DNA of 62,492 nucleotides, filler included, from Chthonomonadaceae bacterium (lineage in GTDB: Bacteria > Armatimonadota > Chthonomonadetes > Chthonomonadales > Chthonomonadaceae), in the NCBI GenBank assembly GCA_035650735.1. It is 3 parts of 3 records of this genome, joined end to end, with 100 filler letters (N's around TTAATTAATTAA, not from the genome) between each part and the next. Parts side by side here need not be neighbours in the genome. Positions count along the whole stretch, not along the records: positions 18,676 to 45,350 come from DASRGZ010000078.1; 2 more parts are not named here. The stretch is one strand, 5' to 3'. Position 1 is the first letter of the stretch. Each line of letters starts with the position of its first letter. The notes below the pieces were generated by a model. The model made no database searches and was not told the origin of the DNA. It saw only the letters and a program-made list of their open reading frames with translations. The translations under genes were made by a program, and so were the position numbers. Shown here one piece after another: positions 18,814 to 29,912 of the stretch.

Positions 18814-19782
18814 CTAGTTTCGATGCCCGACTCTCATGCGGCGGCGTAGGCGGGGGCCAATCAGCCCCATGCTAGAGACGCCCATCCCAATCAGCAGCGC
18901 GAGCGTGCCCGGCTCGGGAATGGCCGTACCCGAGAGGGAGAAGGAGGCGTTGAATGCTCCGGCTCCCACGATGTCGGTACCCACTCGCAGCCAGTCTGGG
19001 TCCAGATCCGCGTTGCGTATCCAGGACTGCAAATCCGGCGCAAAGGGTGTTGTTCCCGGTCCGGTGATAGGCTTGGCCGCTGAAAGCCAGAGGAAATGGT
19101 CATCCGGGTTGCTCAAAAGCACCTGCGGCACCAGGAAGTAGTGGTCGGGCGGCAGGTCGAAGGGGGTCGTAAAGTCCACATCGAAGCGGACCTCCTGCCC
19201 TGTGACCGCGCCATCGCCGCCGGTATTCTGGCCGGGTTTGGGATGGATCCCCGTATCTACCGAATTGGCCGCCGTGAAGCTCGGATTAAGCAGGGTCGTC
19301 GTAAAGGTTAAATTGCTGTCTGCCGAGTCGCGATCCCGGAACTCTACATCCGAAGGCGAATTGACGCGCGTGGGCACCTGAGGCGTGGAAAAGGTGGGCG
19401 GGCCGCTTGTTCTGCCCACATCCGAGTCCTTGGGAAAAACGCGGTAGATTTCCACGCGCACTTGGCTGACGTCGGTCGTCGGGTTGACGCCCGTCGGCAG
19501 CAGGCCGATGAAGCTGGCATGGTTGATAATGGTTTCCCGCGCAGTCAAAAGGAAGTCGTCTCCCGTTTCGGTTTCCTGGTTGGCGCCGGAGCCGGGGCCA
19601 GGACCGGGGCGGGAGGCGGTGGCGATCAAGCCATTGGGATCGCCCGTATTAAAGAGGAAATTCTGCGCGGATGCCGGGGTCGTCAGTAGCACCGGCAGCC
19701 CAATCAGCGTGATCAGGCCGATCCGCCAACAGGCTCGCCGCGGCGCTAAGGGGATACTCCACTTCTTACTGTGTTTGTCCAT
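18814..19782 (-). CDS. PEP-CTERM sorting-domain protein
   Basis: Signal peptide (...TTPASAQ) and C-terminal IPEPGTLALLIGMG..RLRRR. Probable start at MDKHSKK. Confidence 0.88.
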   Translation of the reverse strand: MDKHSKKWSIPLAPRRACWRIGLITLIGLPVLLTTPASAQNFLFNTGDPNGLIATASRPGPGPGSGANQETETGDDFLLTARETIINHASFIGLLPTGVNPTTDVSQVRVEIYRVFPKDSDVGRTSGPPTFSTPQVPTRVNSPSDVEFRDRDSADSNLTFTTTLLNPSFTAANSVDTGIHPKPGQNTGGDGAVTGQEVRFDVDFTTPFDLPPDHYFLVPQVLLSNPDDHFLWLSAAKPITGPGTTPFAPDLQSWIRNADLDPDWLRVGTDIVGAGAFNASFSLSGTAIPEPGTLALLIGMGVSSMGLIGPRLRRRMRVGHRN

Positions 19783-19991
19783 AAACAGGGCTCCTTGTCT
19801 GCTTGGCCGCGCTGGCGCTCCCTGGCGGCAGGTTATCGTGCGGGTTTCAATCCCCGTGAGGGGCAATCGCGGTTTGCTGCCTCCAGACGGGCGCCAGGCC
19901 GGCAAAGTGAAGGTGTTTTACGGCTCAACTACAGTGTGGGTCGCTCGACTCAGATACAGGCTGGGCCGGGGGCCTGTTATCCATACGGGGC

Positions 19992-20007
19992 TGCATAAAC
20001 CATGCCA
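19992..20007 (-). promoter_or_regulatory. Sigma-54 (-24/-12) promoter of the PEP-CTERM gene
   Basis: TGGCATGGTTTATGCA, with GG-N10-GC spacing. Confidence 0.65.
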
Positions 20008-20217
20008 AAGGTCGCAATGGGCACTAAAAATTGAGGACTGTATTGCAAGTCCATCATTTCTAGCAACCGATGGAAAGTTGTTGTATAATAGGGGTAAGCG
20101 CAGATCGTCCTCTGCCTTGAAGAGACTCTAGCGGTAGACGCGGAAAGGATGGGCCGCATGGCCCTGGAATGTAACGCTGCCGGCTCACCCACCAGCGCAG
20201 CGACGACGTTGCTCCCG

Positions 20218-20958
20218 ATGCGGGAGAGCGAACAGGCCGATACCACCTTAGCGCAGGCAACAGCCTCCTGCACGCTGAGCGTGCTTCTGCCCATCTATAA
20301 CGAGCGCGCGACTCTGCTGACGCTGCTGGAGCGCATCCGCGCCGTCCCGGTCGAGAAGGAAATACTGATCGTGGATGACGCCTCCACCGACGGCACGCGC
20401 GCGCTGTTGCGGAGCGAGGTAGAAGGCAAGTACCCTGAGGTGCGCGTTTTCTATCAGACCCACAACCAGGGCAAGGGCGCCGCCCTCCGCGCCGCCATTC
20501 CCCATGCTACCGGCGCTTATTGCATCGTTCAGGATGGGGACCTGGAGTATGACCCCCAGGACTATCTGACGATCCTGCGAGCCTTTCAGGAGCAAAACGC
20601 CGACGTCGTCTATGGCTCCCGCTTTCTCCGCGGCTGGCCGAAGATGCGCCCGGCCAACAAGCTCATCAATATTCTGCTGGCCTGGATGGTACGCATCTTC
20701 TTCCGTACTCCCATGACCGACGAGGCCACCTGCTATAAGGCGTTCCGCACGGACGTGCTGAGCAGCCTCCCGCTGACCTGCCGCCGCTTCGAGTTCTGCC
20801 CGGAGGTGACGGCCAAAGTGATCCGGCGCGGTCACCGCATCGTCGAGGTTCCCATTCGCTACGAGGCGCGCAGCATGGCCCAGGGCAAGAAGATTCGCTG
20901 GACCGATGGCCTCGCCGCCATCTGGACCCTGCTCAAGTTTCGCTTCGCTCGGTTTTAA
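20218..20958 (+). CDS. Glycosyltransferase family 2 (polyprenol-phosphate glycosyltransferase-like)
   Basis: LLPIYNE, VDDASTDGT, NQGKGAA, QDGDLEYDP and GSRF. Start uncertain (20149 or 20218). Confidence 0.9.
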   Translation: MRESEQADTTLAQATASCTLSVLLPIYNERATLLTLLERIRAVPVEKEILIVDDASTDGTRALLRSEVEGKYPEVRVFYQTHNQGKGAALRAAIPHATGAYCIVQDGDLEYDPQDYLTILRAFQEQNADVVYGSRFLRGWPKMRPANKLINILLAWMVRIFFRTPMTDEATCYKAFRTDVLSSLPLTCRRFEFCPEVTAKVIRRGHRIVEVPIRYEARSMAQGKKIRWTDGLAAIWTLLKFRFARF

Positions 20959-21436
20959 TCGGCTCCTCCGTCTGCGGTCTTGCCCACTCAGCCGCCATCA
21001 CGGGTAGATCGCCGTAGCGCAGGCGTGGGCGCAGCCTGCGGGCGACTCGATACAGAAGCCAGCCTGCAACGCCTCCGACCAGCGCCATCAACCATCCCAT
21101 CCAAATCGAGCCAAACAAGAAGATAAGCCAAAACAGCCCCATAAAGTTCGGACCCTCCACCGGATCGTGCCAGCCAAATCCTATAGCCCAGACCAGGGCA
21201 AATGTAATCCACGATAGAAACGCTATCCATACACCACGTAACACGGCCCGTCCGTTGGTCATTTGCTCGTCTGTCAGGATACTCGCGCCCCACCAGAAGC
21301 TGCCCCAGATACCAGCAATAAGGGCCGGGCAGAGGGACAGGAACCATATGTCCCGGTAGGACCCGATCCCGTATAAGAAGCCGGGGATAGCTCCGGCAAC
21401 GGCGAACCAGATACCTGCAAAAAGACGTGGACGCAT
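20933..21436 (-). CDS. Hypothetical 4-TM membrane protein
   Basis: Four Trp/Gly-rich hydrophobic segments and an AAGGAG RBS. Its 3' end overlaps the convergent GT2 gene. Confidence 0.65.
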   Translation of the reverse strand: MRPRLFAGIWFAVAGAIPGFLYGIGSYRDIWFLSLCPALIAGIWGSFWWGASILTDEQMTNGRAVLRGVWIAFLSWITFALVWAIGFGWHDPVEGPNFMGLFWLIFLFGSIWMGWLMALVGGVAGWLLYRVARRLRPRLRYGDLPVMAAEWARPQTEEPIKTERSET

Positions 21437-21470
21437 CGCCTTTCTCCTTTCCCACAGCAGTACGGCAGCG

Positions 21471-23705
21471 TCACAAGTTCTCTAAAATATAATCGGTGAG
21501 CAGGGCGTACAGGTGCGGCGCGACGCCTTCCAGCCCGTGATGCTTGCCGGGATAGAACATCGCGCGAAACGGCTTGTTGTGCTTCTGAAGCTCGGCGGCC
21601 AGGCGCGCGGAGTTCTGGAAGTGTACGTTATCGTCTGCCGTGCCCTGAACGAGCAGCAGGTTGCCGGTCAGCTTCTCCGCGTGCGTGAGCGGCGCGGACT
21701 CGGCGTAGCCTTTCGGATTGTCCTGCGGGCGGCGCATGTAACGCTCGGTATAAATCGTATCGTAAAACTGCCAGTGGGTCACGGGCGCCACCGCAATCGC
21801 CGTCTTAAATACGTTGGCGCCGCGCAAAAGGCTCAGCGCCGCCAGGTACCCCCCGTAGCTCCAGCCCCAGATCCCGATGCGCCGCGCATCCACAAACGAC
21901 TGCCGGGCCATCCACCGCGCCCCCTCGATCAGGTCGTGAACCTCCCAATGGCCCAGATTCGCATAGATCACTTTGACAAAATCGCGCCCGCGTGCGCCGG
22001 TGCCGCGCCCATCCATGAGCAGGATGAGGTAGCCGCGCTGCGCCAGCAACTGGTGCCAGCCTCCGCCGTTGCCGTACTCGTCCATCACCACCTGAGAACT
22101 GAATCCCGCGTAGGTCTGCATAGAGCCGGGGCCGCCGTAGGTATGCATCAGGACGGGATAGCGCTTTCCCGGATCGAAGTCCGGGGGCCGGAGCAGGGCG
22201 GCGTTCAGCGTGAGGCCGTCGCCTGTGGTAAAGGTCGTAAACTCCCAGGTTCCTAACGGATGCTCGCGCAGCCGGGGCATCGGACTGGCGTGGACGTCGG
22301 CAACGTGGACGCCGCTGGCGCGGTAGAGGCGCGTATGGGGCGGCACGGCGCGGCTGGAGTGCGTGTCCAGATAGTGTACTGCGTCCGGCGCAAAAAGCGG
22401 CTGATGGGTGCCAGACGCTTCCGTCACCTGCATGATCCCGCCGCCGCCGTCGAGCAGGACGCGGAATAACTGCCGCTCCAGCGGGCTAGGGCGCGCGGCG
22501 GTAAAGTAGAGCAGGCGGTGCGTCGCGTCCACGCCCGCCACCGCATCCACATCCCAATCCCCTTGCGTGAGTTGGCGCAGCAGTTGCCCGGAGAGGTCAT
22601 AGAGATACAGGTGGTTGTATCCGCTGCGGTCGGAGGGCCAGATGAACTGATCCGTTCCCTTAATGAAAGTCAGGTCGCGGCGCGCGTCCACCCAGGCTTT
22701 ATCCTCTTCGGCCAGGAGGAGAGCGGTCCGCCCGGTCGCAACGTCGGCCTTGAGCAACTCGATCCGGTTTTGCAGGCGCGGCATCCGGTGCAGCAGCAGA
22801 TCGCCCTGCGGCGTCCACTGCATACGCGAGATATAAATATCCGTGTCCGGGCCGAGGTCTACCCAGCGGGTCGGCGGCACGCCGCCAGCCTCCGGCGGGG
22901 AAGCCGGAACTTCCACGACGCCGATCCGGACAATGGGGTTCGGATCGCCCGCCTTCGGATACCGTTGCAGGACCGGCTTCATGTGCAGGTCGTCGAAATT
23001 CGGCAGGAAGACCAGGGGAACCGGCGTCTCGTCCACCTGGAAATAGGCGATGCGGCGTCCGTCGGGCGACCAGGCCCAGCCGTCGAGCAGTTCTAGCTCC
23101 TCTTCATAGACCCAGCCGAAGCGCCCGTTATAGACGGCGGGCCGGGCGGTATCGGTCAGGCGAACCTCTTTCCCGGTCGCCAGGTCCAGCACGTAGAGGT
23201 CATCGCCGCGCAGGTAGCCGAGACGCCTGCCGTCCGGCGACCACTTGGCGTTACGCAGCGACGTTTCGGCGTGCGCCACGCGCTCCAGCGTGCGCGCCGC
23301 CAGCGTATAGACGTAGAGCGCCTGATCGGCGGGGGCCGACGTGCGGTGCGGCGGGCGCGCGAAGAGTATCCGCGTCTCGTCCGGCGACCACTGGTAGCCG
23401 TGAATGCGCAGCGCCTCCTCCCCTCTCGCCTCCCCGGTATCGTCCTCTTCCGGCGCCGCACTCTGCGCGGGCCGCTCCGCCTTTGGCAGCCGCAGCTTTT
23501 CGGGCGCGACAACCACCGTGCGCTCGCCGGTGGCGATATCGTACATCCAGATGGTTTCGACCTCCGAATCGGGAGCGCGGTCCAGATAGCTAAAGCGCCG
23601 TCCGTCGCGCATCCAGTGCGGCTGGCGCAGCGGGGTGGCCTCAAAAATCTTCTCCTGGAAGACGGCTTCCAGGGTGAGCGTAGGTGCAGGCAGCGTCTCT
23701 TTCAT
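21471..23705 (-). CDS. S9B dipeptidyl peptidase IV-like protein
   Basis: WVYEEE, YPKAGDPNP, GWSYGG nucleophile, DDNVH and HHGL. Start at MKETLP. Confidence 0.93.
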   Translation of the reverse strand: MKETLPAPTLTLEAVFQEKIFEATPLRQPHWMRDGRRFSYLDRAPDSEVETIWMYDIATGERTVVVAPEKLRLPKAERPAQSAAPEEDDTGEARGEEALRIHGYQWSPDETRILFARPPHRTSAPADQALYVYTLAARTLERVAHAETSLRNAKWSPDGRRLGYLRGDDLYVLDLATGKEVRLTDTARPAVYNGRFGWVYEEELELLDGWAWSPDGRRIAYFQVDETPVPLVFLPNFDDLHMKPVLQRYPKAGDPNPIVRIGVVEVPASPPEAGGVPPTRWVDLGPDTDIYISRMQWTPQGDLLLHRMPRLQNRIELLKADVATGRTALLLAEEDKAWVDARRDLTFIKGTDQFIWPSDRSGYNHLYLYDLSGQLLRQLTQGDWDVDAVAGVDATHRLLYFTAARPSPLERQLFRVLLDGGGGIMQVTEASGTHQPLFAPDAVHYLDTHSSRAVPPHTRLYRASGVHVADVHASPMPRLREHPLGTWEFTTFTTGDGLTLNAALLRPPDFDPGKRYPVLMHTYGGPGSMQTYAGFSSQVVMDEYGNGGGWHQLLAQRGYLILLMDGRGTGARGRDFVKVIYANLGHWEVHDLIEGARWMARQSFVDARRIGIWGWSYGGYLAALSLLRGANVFKTAIAVAPVTHWQFYDTIYTERYMRRPQDNPKGYAESAPLTHAEKLTGNLLLVQGTADDNVHFQNSARLAAELQKHNKPFRAMFYPGKHHGLEGVAPHLYALLTDYILENL

Positions 23706-23817
23706 GGTTTCTGTATTCCCCCGCCCTGCGTGCGCTTCCTGCCTGACCTTGCATTTGGCGGCGGTTTGAGGTAGTATGCAGTCCAGCGATAATACAGACA
23801 TAGAGGACAGAATCGGC

Positions 23818-25348
<1,531 letters not shown>

Positions 25349-25350
<2 letters not shown>

Positions 25351-25542
25351 AGGCACGGAGACACGGAGGAAAAGCCACACGGAGAAAAACAAAGACAAAA
25401 ACCTCAACAGGATGAACAGGATTAGACAGGATTTCTAAAACCCGATCAACCGAGTCCCTATGCCTCTGTTCCTCTTAGGCTCAAGGCTTCTGCCTCTTTA
25501 GTCTTAATCCTGTCAATCCTGCAAAATCCTGTTCATCCTGTT
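25349..25542. repeat. Nonamer-based short repeats forming an inverted-repeat element
   Basis: AACAGGATGAACAGGATTAGACAGGATT (25406-25433) is inverted relative to AATCCTGTCAATCCTGCAAAATCCTGTTCATCCTGTT (about 25506-25542). Three CACGGAGA-like copies lie upstream. Confidence 0.8.
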
Positions 25543-25557
25543 GGAATCTAAAAGGCA

Positions 25558-26442
25558 ATGGATGCAATCATCCTGTTTTCGCATGGTTCCCTGCTTTGTG
25601 GGGCTGGGGTCGCACTGGAGGCGCACGCGGCGCGTCTGCGGGAGCGGAACCTGGCCCCGCTGGTGGAGGTCGGCTACCTGAACTATAGCGAGCCGCTGTT
25701 TGGGGAGGTGGCCGCTAAGTGCGTGGCGGCGGGCGCAGATCGCATTATCGTCGTGCCCTACTTCCTGGTGCCGGGCTACTTCGTGAAGGTGGATCTGCCT
25801 AAGGCGGTAGCAGAGGCGCAAGCAACCCATCCGGGCGTGCGGTTTGTCGTCGCGGAGGCTATTGGCTTTGACGTGGCGCTGGCAGATGCGCTCATCGAAA
25901 GCGCGCGGGACGCCGCGCCGCCGGAGCGGTGGCGGGAAGACCTCCGCCGCGCCGCCGCTTCCTGCCGCGCCGATCCCCGATGCCCGCTCTATGACACGCC
26001 GGACTGTCCGCGCGGGAAAAGGCAACAAGAGGAGCCTCTCTCAGATTTCGACTCTCCGATCCCCGCGCCTGGCCCGGACGCTCTGCTCGTCATGGTGCAT
26101 GGCAGCCCGCATCCTGCCGCCAACGCGGATATGTACCGCGTCGTCGAGATCGTCCGGCAGCGGGGTGTGTTTCCCATCGTCGAGGTCGGCTTCCTGGAGT
26201 GCAACGCGCCGACCATCCCGGAAGCGATGGATGCCTGCGTGGCGCAGGGCGCCGCGTGCCTGCGCGCCGTCTCTTACTTCCTGCACACGGGTGGGCACGT
26301 CGCTGGCGACCTGCCCGCCCTCTTAGAGGAGGGCCGTGCGCGCCATCCCAACGTCGCGTTTCGCCTGGGCGACTATCTGGGCCGCTCCCAACGCCTGACG
26401 GACATCCTCGCCGCCAGAGCGCGCGCCGCCCTCCATTCCTAG
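25558..26442 (+). CDS. Two-domain CbiX/SirB sirohydrochlorin chelatase
   Basis: SHGS..GYL..PYFL in domain 1 and VHGS..GFLE..P..YFLHTGGH..DLP in domain 2. Confidence 0.85.
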   Translation: MDAIILFSHGSLLCGAGVALEAHAARLRERNLAPLVEVGYLNYSEPLFGEVAAKCVAAGADRIIVVPYFLVPGYFVKVDLPKAVAEAQATHPGVRFVVAEAIGFDVALADALIESARDAAPPERWREDLRRAAASCRADPRCPLYDTPDCPRGKRQQEEPLSDFDSPIPAPGPDALLVMVHGSPHPAANADMYRVVEIVRQRGVFPIVEVGFLECNAPTIPEAMDACVAQGAACLRAVSYFLHTGGHVAGDLPALLEEGRARHPNVAFRLGDYLGRSQRLTDILAARARAALHS

Positions 26443-26461
26443 CATCCATCCTGGAGTCGAT

Positions 26462-29152
26462 ATGATCGCCTTCACTTCCTTTTTAACCGCCCGAAAACCT
26501 GCCCGTCCGTCTCGTAACCGTATTGAGCGTGGGCTGCTTCTCCTGATGCTCTGCTTGCTGCCTGTTGCGGGTTTTACGCAGGGGCGAAGGCTGATTCCTA
26601 ACGGCGGCTTTGAGGGAGGCGGCAGCGGTCGTGTGCCCGGTTGGGAGGCGTATGAGGGCGGCTTTGAAGCGGATCGCCAGGCGCATCATGGCGGCGCGCA
26701 GAGCATACGCTGTACCAGTCGCAGTGCGCAGGCGCGATTGGGCGCGCTGGCCCGCACTACATTGAACCAGACGCGGCCCATTCCTGTCCTGGTGACGGGC
26801 TGGAGCAAGGCAGAAGGAGTGAGTGGGGTCAAAGACAGCGATTACTCGATCTATGTTGATCTGGAGTACACGGACGGCACGCCGCTCTGGGGCCAGATCG
26901 CTCCCTTCAATGTCGGCACGCACGACTGGGAGCGGCGGCAGGTATTGGTGCTGCCCGCCAAACCGATCCGCACGATGAGTGTGTACGCGCTGTTCCGCAA
27001 CCACTCCGGCACGGCCTGGTTCGACGATTTCGCCGCGCAGGAGATGGCGGGAGACCGCATTTTCGACAGCCAGGCGCTGTCCTCTCTGCCGCCTCACCCG
27101 GCGCATTTGCCTCCCGATGGCGCACAGATGCGCCGGGTCACGGCGGGCGATGGCCTGGCCCTCGACATCAATGCGCGGGGTGAAGTTGTTGCGGTGCGCG
27201 CGGGCGGACAGAGCCTGACGTCGCCGGCGGCGGGCGGCTTCTTCGTGCGCGATGTCGCTGCCGAGGGACCGCTGGCGCCCTTGCGCGGCGCGGTGACGGC
27301 GGCGGGGCGCGGCGTTCAGATCACAGGCGAATCCGGCCCAGCCCGGCTGCGGTTCCAGGCGCGCGTGGAGCCGCAGGGCGATGCGCTGGCCGTGGAGGGA
27401 ACGCTCACCGACCTCGCTGGAACCGATCGCGCCGTGACCGTCTATCTGGCCCTGCCCATCCAGGCGGACGGCTGGCAGTGGGGACAGGACATCCGGCACG
27501 CAGAGACTATTCAGCCGGGACGGGAATACAGTAACCAGGCGCACGTCAACGTTGGGGCGACGGGAGGGCTCTCCCTCTACCCCTTCGCCTGCATTGCCGG
27601 GCCGCGCAACGGAGTCGGCATCGCCAATCAGATAGGCTGGCCGAGCGTCTACCGCCTGTTCTACAACGGCACGACGCGCCAGTTCGTGATAGCCTGGGAC
27701 TTCGCGCTGACGGATAAGGTCGCCGCCTGGCCGCGCACGGCCCACTTCCGCGGCACGCTGTTCCGCCTGCCTCCTGGCCAGGCCGAATGGGGCTTTCGCG
27801 CGGCGGCGCAGCGCTTCTATCGGCTGAACGCACAGGGCTTTGAGCGGCGGGCCAAAGCCGACGGTATCTGGATGCCCTTCACCGATCCTAGCACGGTGCA
27901 GCATTTCGAGGATTTCGGCTTCGCCTACCATGAGGGCGACAACAGCATCCGATCCGATGACACGCACGGCATTTTGAGCTTCCGCTACACGGAGCCGATG
28001 AGCTACTGGATGCCGATGCCGCCCGCCTGGCCGCGCACCTATGAGAACGCTATCGCGCTGCTGCATAAGAACGCGGACGGGAACAATGCGGAGGCCCGCG
28101 ACTTTTCCCGCGCCACCCTCAACAGCGGCACCTGGGATGAGCATGGGCGCTTTAACCTGGAGTTTCAGAACCAGCCCTGGGCCAACGGCGCCGTCTTCAC
28201 CCTCGATCCGAACCCGCAACTGCCCGCCACGTCGGAGCATCCGACCAAAGCCTCCATCTCCTACACACAGGCCAAAGCGGATCAGATGTACGGCCCGGCG
28301 GCCAGGCGCCAACGCGGGGATCAGGATGGCGAGTACCTGGACTCGCTGGAAGGCTGGGCCGATACGCAGGACTATCGCCCCTCCAACCTCGCCGCCTGTC
28401 CCTGTCCCCTGCCCTTCGACACCGATAGCCGCCGTCCCGTCCTGCCGCAATGGTATTCCACCCACGCCTTCGCCCGCTTCTTAAGCGCCGACCTGCACCG
28501 CCGGGGCAAGCTGTTGATGGCCAACACGACGCCGGTGCGCTTCTCCATCTACGCGTCGCTGATGGATGTCATGGGCATTGAGGTCAACTGGCTGGATGCG
28601 GAGGGCCGCTGGCGTCCCGATAGCGACGCGGTGTTCAACCTGCGCCGTACCATGAGCGCGCAAAAGCCCTACCTGTTGCTGATGAATACCAACTACGACC
28701 GGTTCACGCCGCCCCTGGTGGAGAAGTATTTCCAGCGGAGCATGTTCTATGGCGTGTTTCCGAGCATGTTCAGCGCCGACGCGGCCACCCATCCCTACTG
28801 GGAGGCCCCGAAGTGGTATAACCGAGATCGCCCGCTGTTTAAGAAGTACATTCCCATCGTCAAGAGGCTATCCGCCGCCGGCTGGGAGCCGATCACGCAC
28901 GCCCACAGCGCAAATCCCGCCGTCTACGTGGAACGCTTCGGCTCCCGCCTCTTCACCCTCCTCAACGACTCCGACCGTCCCCAGGAGACAGTACTGACCA
29001 TTGACCTCGACGCCCTCCGCCTGCAAGCTTCCGGCCTGCGCGTCGTCACTCTCCTCACCAATGCCGACATTCCGGCACGTCAGGAGGGAACAACGCTCTC
29101 TATCCCGCTGCACCTGGCCGCAGAGGAGGCCCTGGCATTGGAATTGAAATAA
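26462..29152 (+). CDS. Secreted protein with a CBM4/9-like N-terminal domain and a probable glycoside-hydrolase-like barrel (family unassigned)
   Basis: Signal peptide, LIPNGGFE..W..TAWFDD jelly-roll signature, and a DGEYLDS motif. Confidence 0.6.
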   Translation: MIAFTSFLTARKPARPSRNRIERGLLLLMLCLLPVAGFTQGRRLIPNGGFEGGGSGRVPGWEAYEGGFEADRQAHHGGAQSIRCTSRSAQARLGALARTTLNQTRPIPVLVTGWSKAEGVSGVKDSDYSIYVDLEYTDGTPLWGQIAPFNVGTHDWERRQVLVLPAKPIRTMSVYALFRNHSGTAWFDDFAAQEMAGDRIFDSQALSSLPPHPAHLPPDGAQMRRVTAGDGLALDINARGEVVAVRAGGQSLTSPAAGGFFVRDVAAEGPLAPLRGAVTAAGRGVQITGESGPARLRFQARVEPQGDALAVEGTLTDLAGTDRAVTVYLALPIQADGWQWGQDIRHAETIQPGREYSNQAHVNVGATGGLSLYPFACIAGPRNGVGIANQIGWPSVYRLFYNGTTRQFVIAWDFALTDKVAAWPRTAHFRGTLFRLPPGQAEWGFRAAAQRFYRLNAQGFERRAKADGIWMPFTDPSTVQHFEDFGFAYHEGDNSIRSDDTHGILSFRYTEPMSYWMPMPPAWPRTYENAIALLHKNADGNNAEARDFSRATLNSGTWDEHGRFNLEFQNQPWANGAVFTLDPNPQLPATSEHPTKASISYTQAKADQMYGPAARRQRGDQDGEYLDSLEGWADTQDYRPSNLAACPCPLPFDTDSRRPVLPQWYSTHAFARFLSADLHRRGKLLMANTTPVRFSIYASLMDVMGIEVNWLDAEGRWRPDSDAVFNLRRTMSAQKPYLLLMNTNYDRFTPPLVEKYFQRSMFYGVFPSMFSADAATHPYWEAPKWYNRDRPLFKKYIPIVKRLSAAGWEPITHAHSANPAVYVERFGSRLFTLLNDSDRPQETVLTIDLDALRLQASGLRVVTLLTNADIPARQEGTTLSIPLHLAAEEALALELK

Positions 29153-29181
29153 CATCTAACATCGTGTAAGAGGCTGTGCCG

Positions 29182-29304
29182 ATGGAACCGCAGATACGCA
29201 GTCTCATAGCGAAGTTCTACAGTAGTGACAGGTGTCTTCAGGAGGTCGTGGCTCAAGAACGGGCGCAGTCAGGCCCCTCTGCGGTGGAATCGCTGATCAG
29301 GTAA
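29182..29304 (+). pseudogene. 40-codon remnant resembling a HEAT-repeat N-terminus
   Basis: MEPQIRSLIAKFYSSDRCLQEVVAQERAQSGPSAVESLIR* fits the pattern LIxxLxSxDxxxxxxAAxxLxxxGxxAVxxLI with substitutions. Confidence 0.4.
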
Positions 29305-29313
29305 ATCTCCGCC

Positions 29314-29802
29314 TCATGGCAGGAAATCCAGCATGGACGCAATATAGTTGATCTGGCCTTCATGGTAGCTCATGTTCCAATAAGGATAGGAGATGACTTG
29401 CGCTAAAGTCGTGGGTCCACGCTCACTCTTTGAGATCATTTCCTGGGGTATATAAATTTCAATCCCTAGATCCTCATTGGGAACCGCACGGATCACGGCG
29501 ATGACCTTCGCTGTATTCTCCTGCAAAAGAGACTTGAGCGCATTCCAGTCCCGCGCCAACTCTGCTTTTGCGCGCACAAATTCCCCGAAATCAAGATCCG
29601 CCGGCCACGTTCGGCTCTTAATCAGGTCTGCGGTGGTTCCGTTGAGGATCGCGCATTCGGCTACCTGATCCAAAGCCGGGCGGGCTTGCCCCATAGGACT
29701 CCAGTTCCGCTTGTCTTCAGGAAGACGCAGCAACGCGGCTTCGAGGTCGTCGGCGGCTTTTTGGGTAGCCTGGACGAGGAATTCTTGAAGCGTATTGGGC
29801 AT
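29314..29802 (-). CDS. DinB/YfiT-family protein
   Basis: LPEDKRNWSP..R, and YWNMSYHEGQINYI. Confidence 0.85.
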   Translation of the reverse strand: MPNTLQEFLVQATQKAADDLEAALLRLPEDKRNWSPMGQARPALDQVAECAILNGTTADLIKSRTWPADLDFGEFVRAKAELARDWNALKSLLQENTAKVIAVIRAVPNEDLGIEIYIPQEMISKSERGPTTLAQVISYPYWNMSYHEGQINYIASMLDFLP

Positions 29803-29912
29803 CGAGTTGTCTCCTTTGTTGGGGGTCTGGCCTGCTCTCCAACACCCTCCTGCATTTTAACCGATTGGTCGGCCTCCCGCCTGCGTTGAAAATCAGTAGG
29901 AACCCCGGCCCC

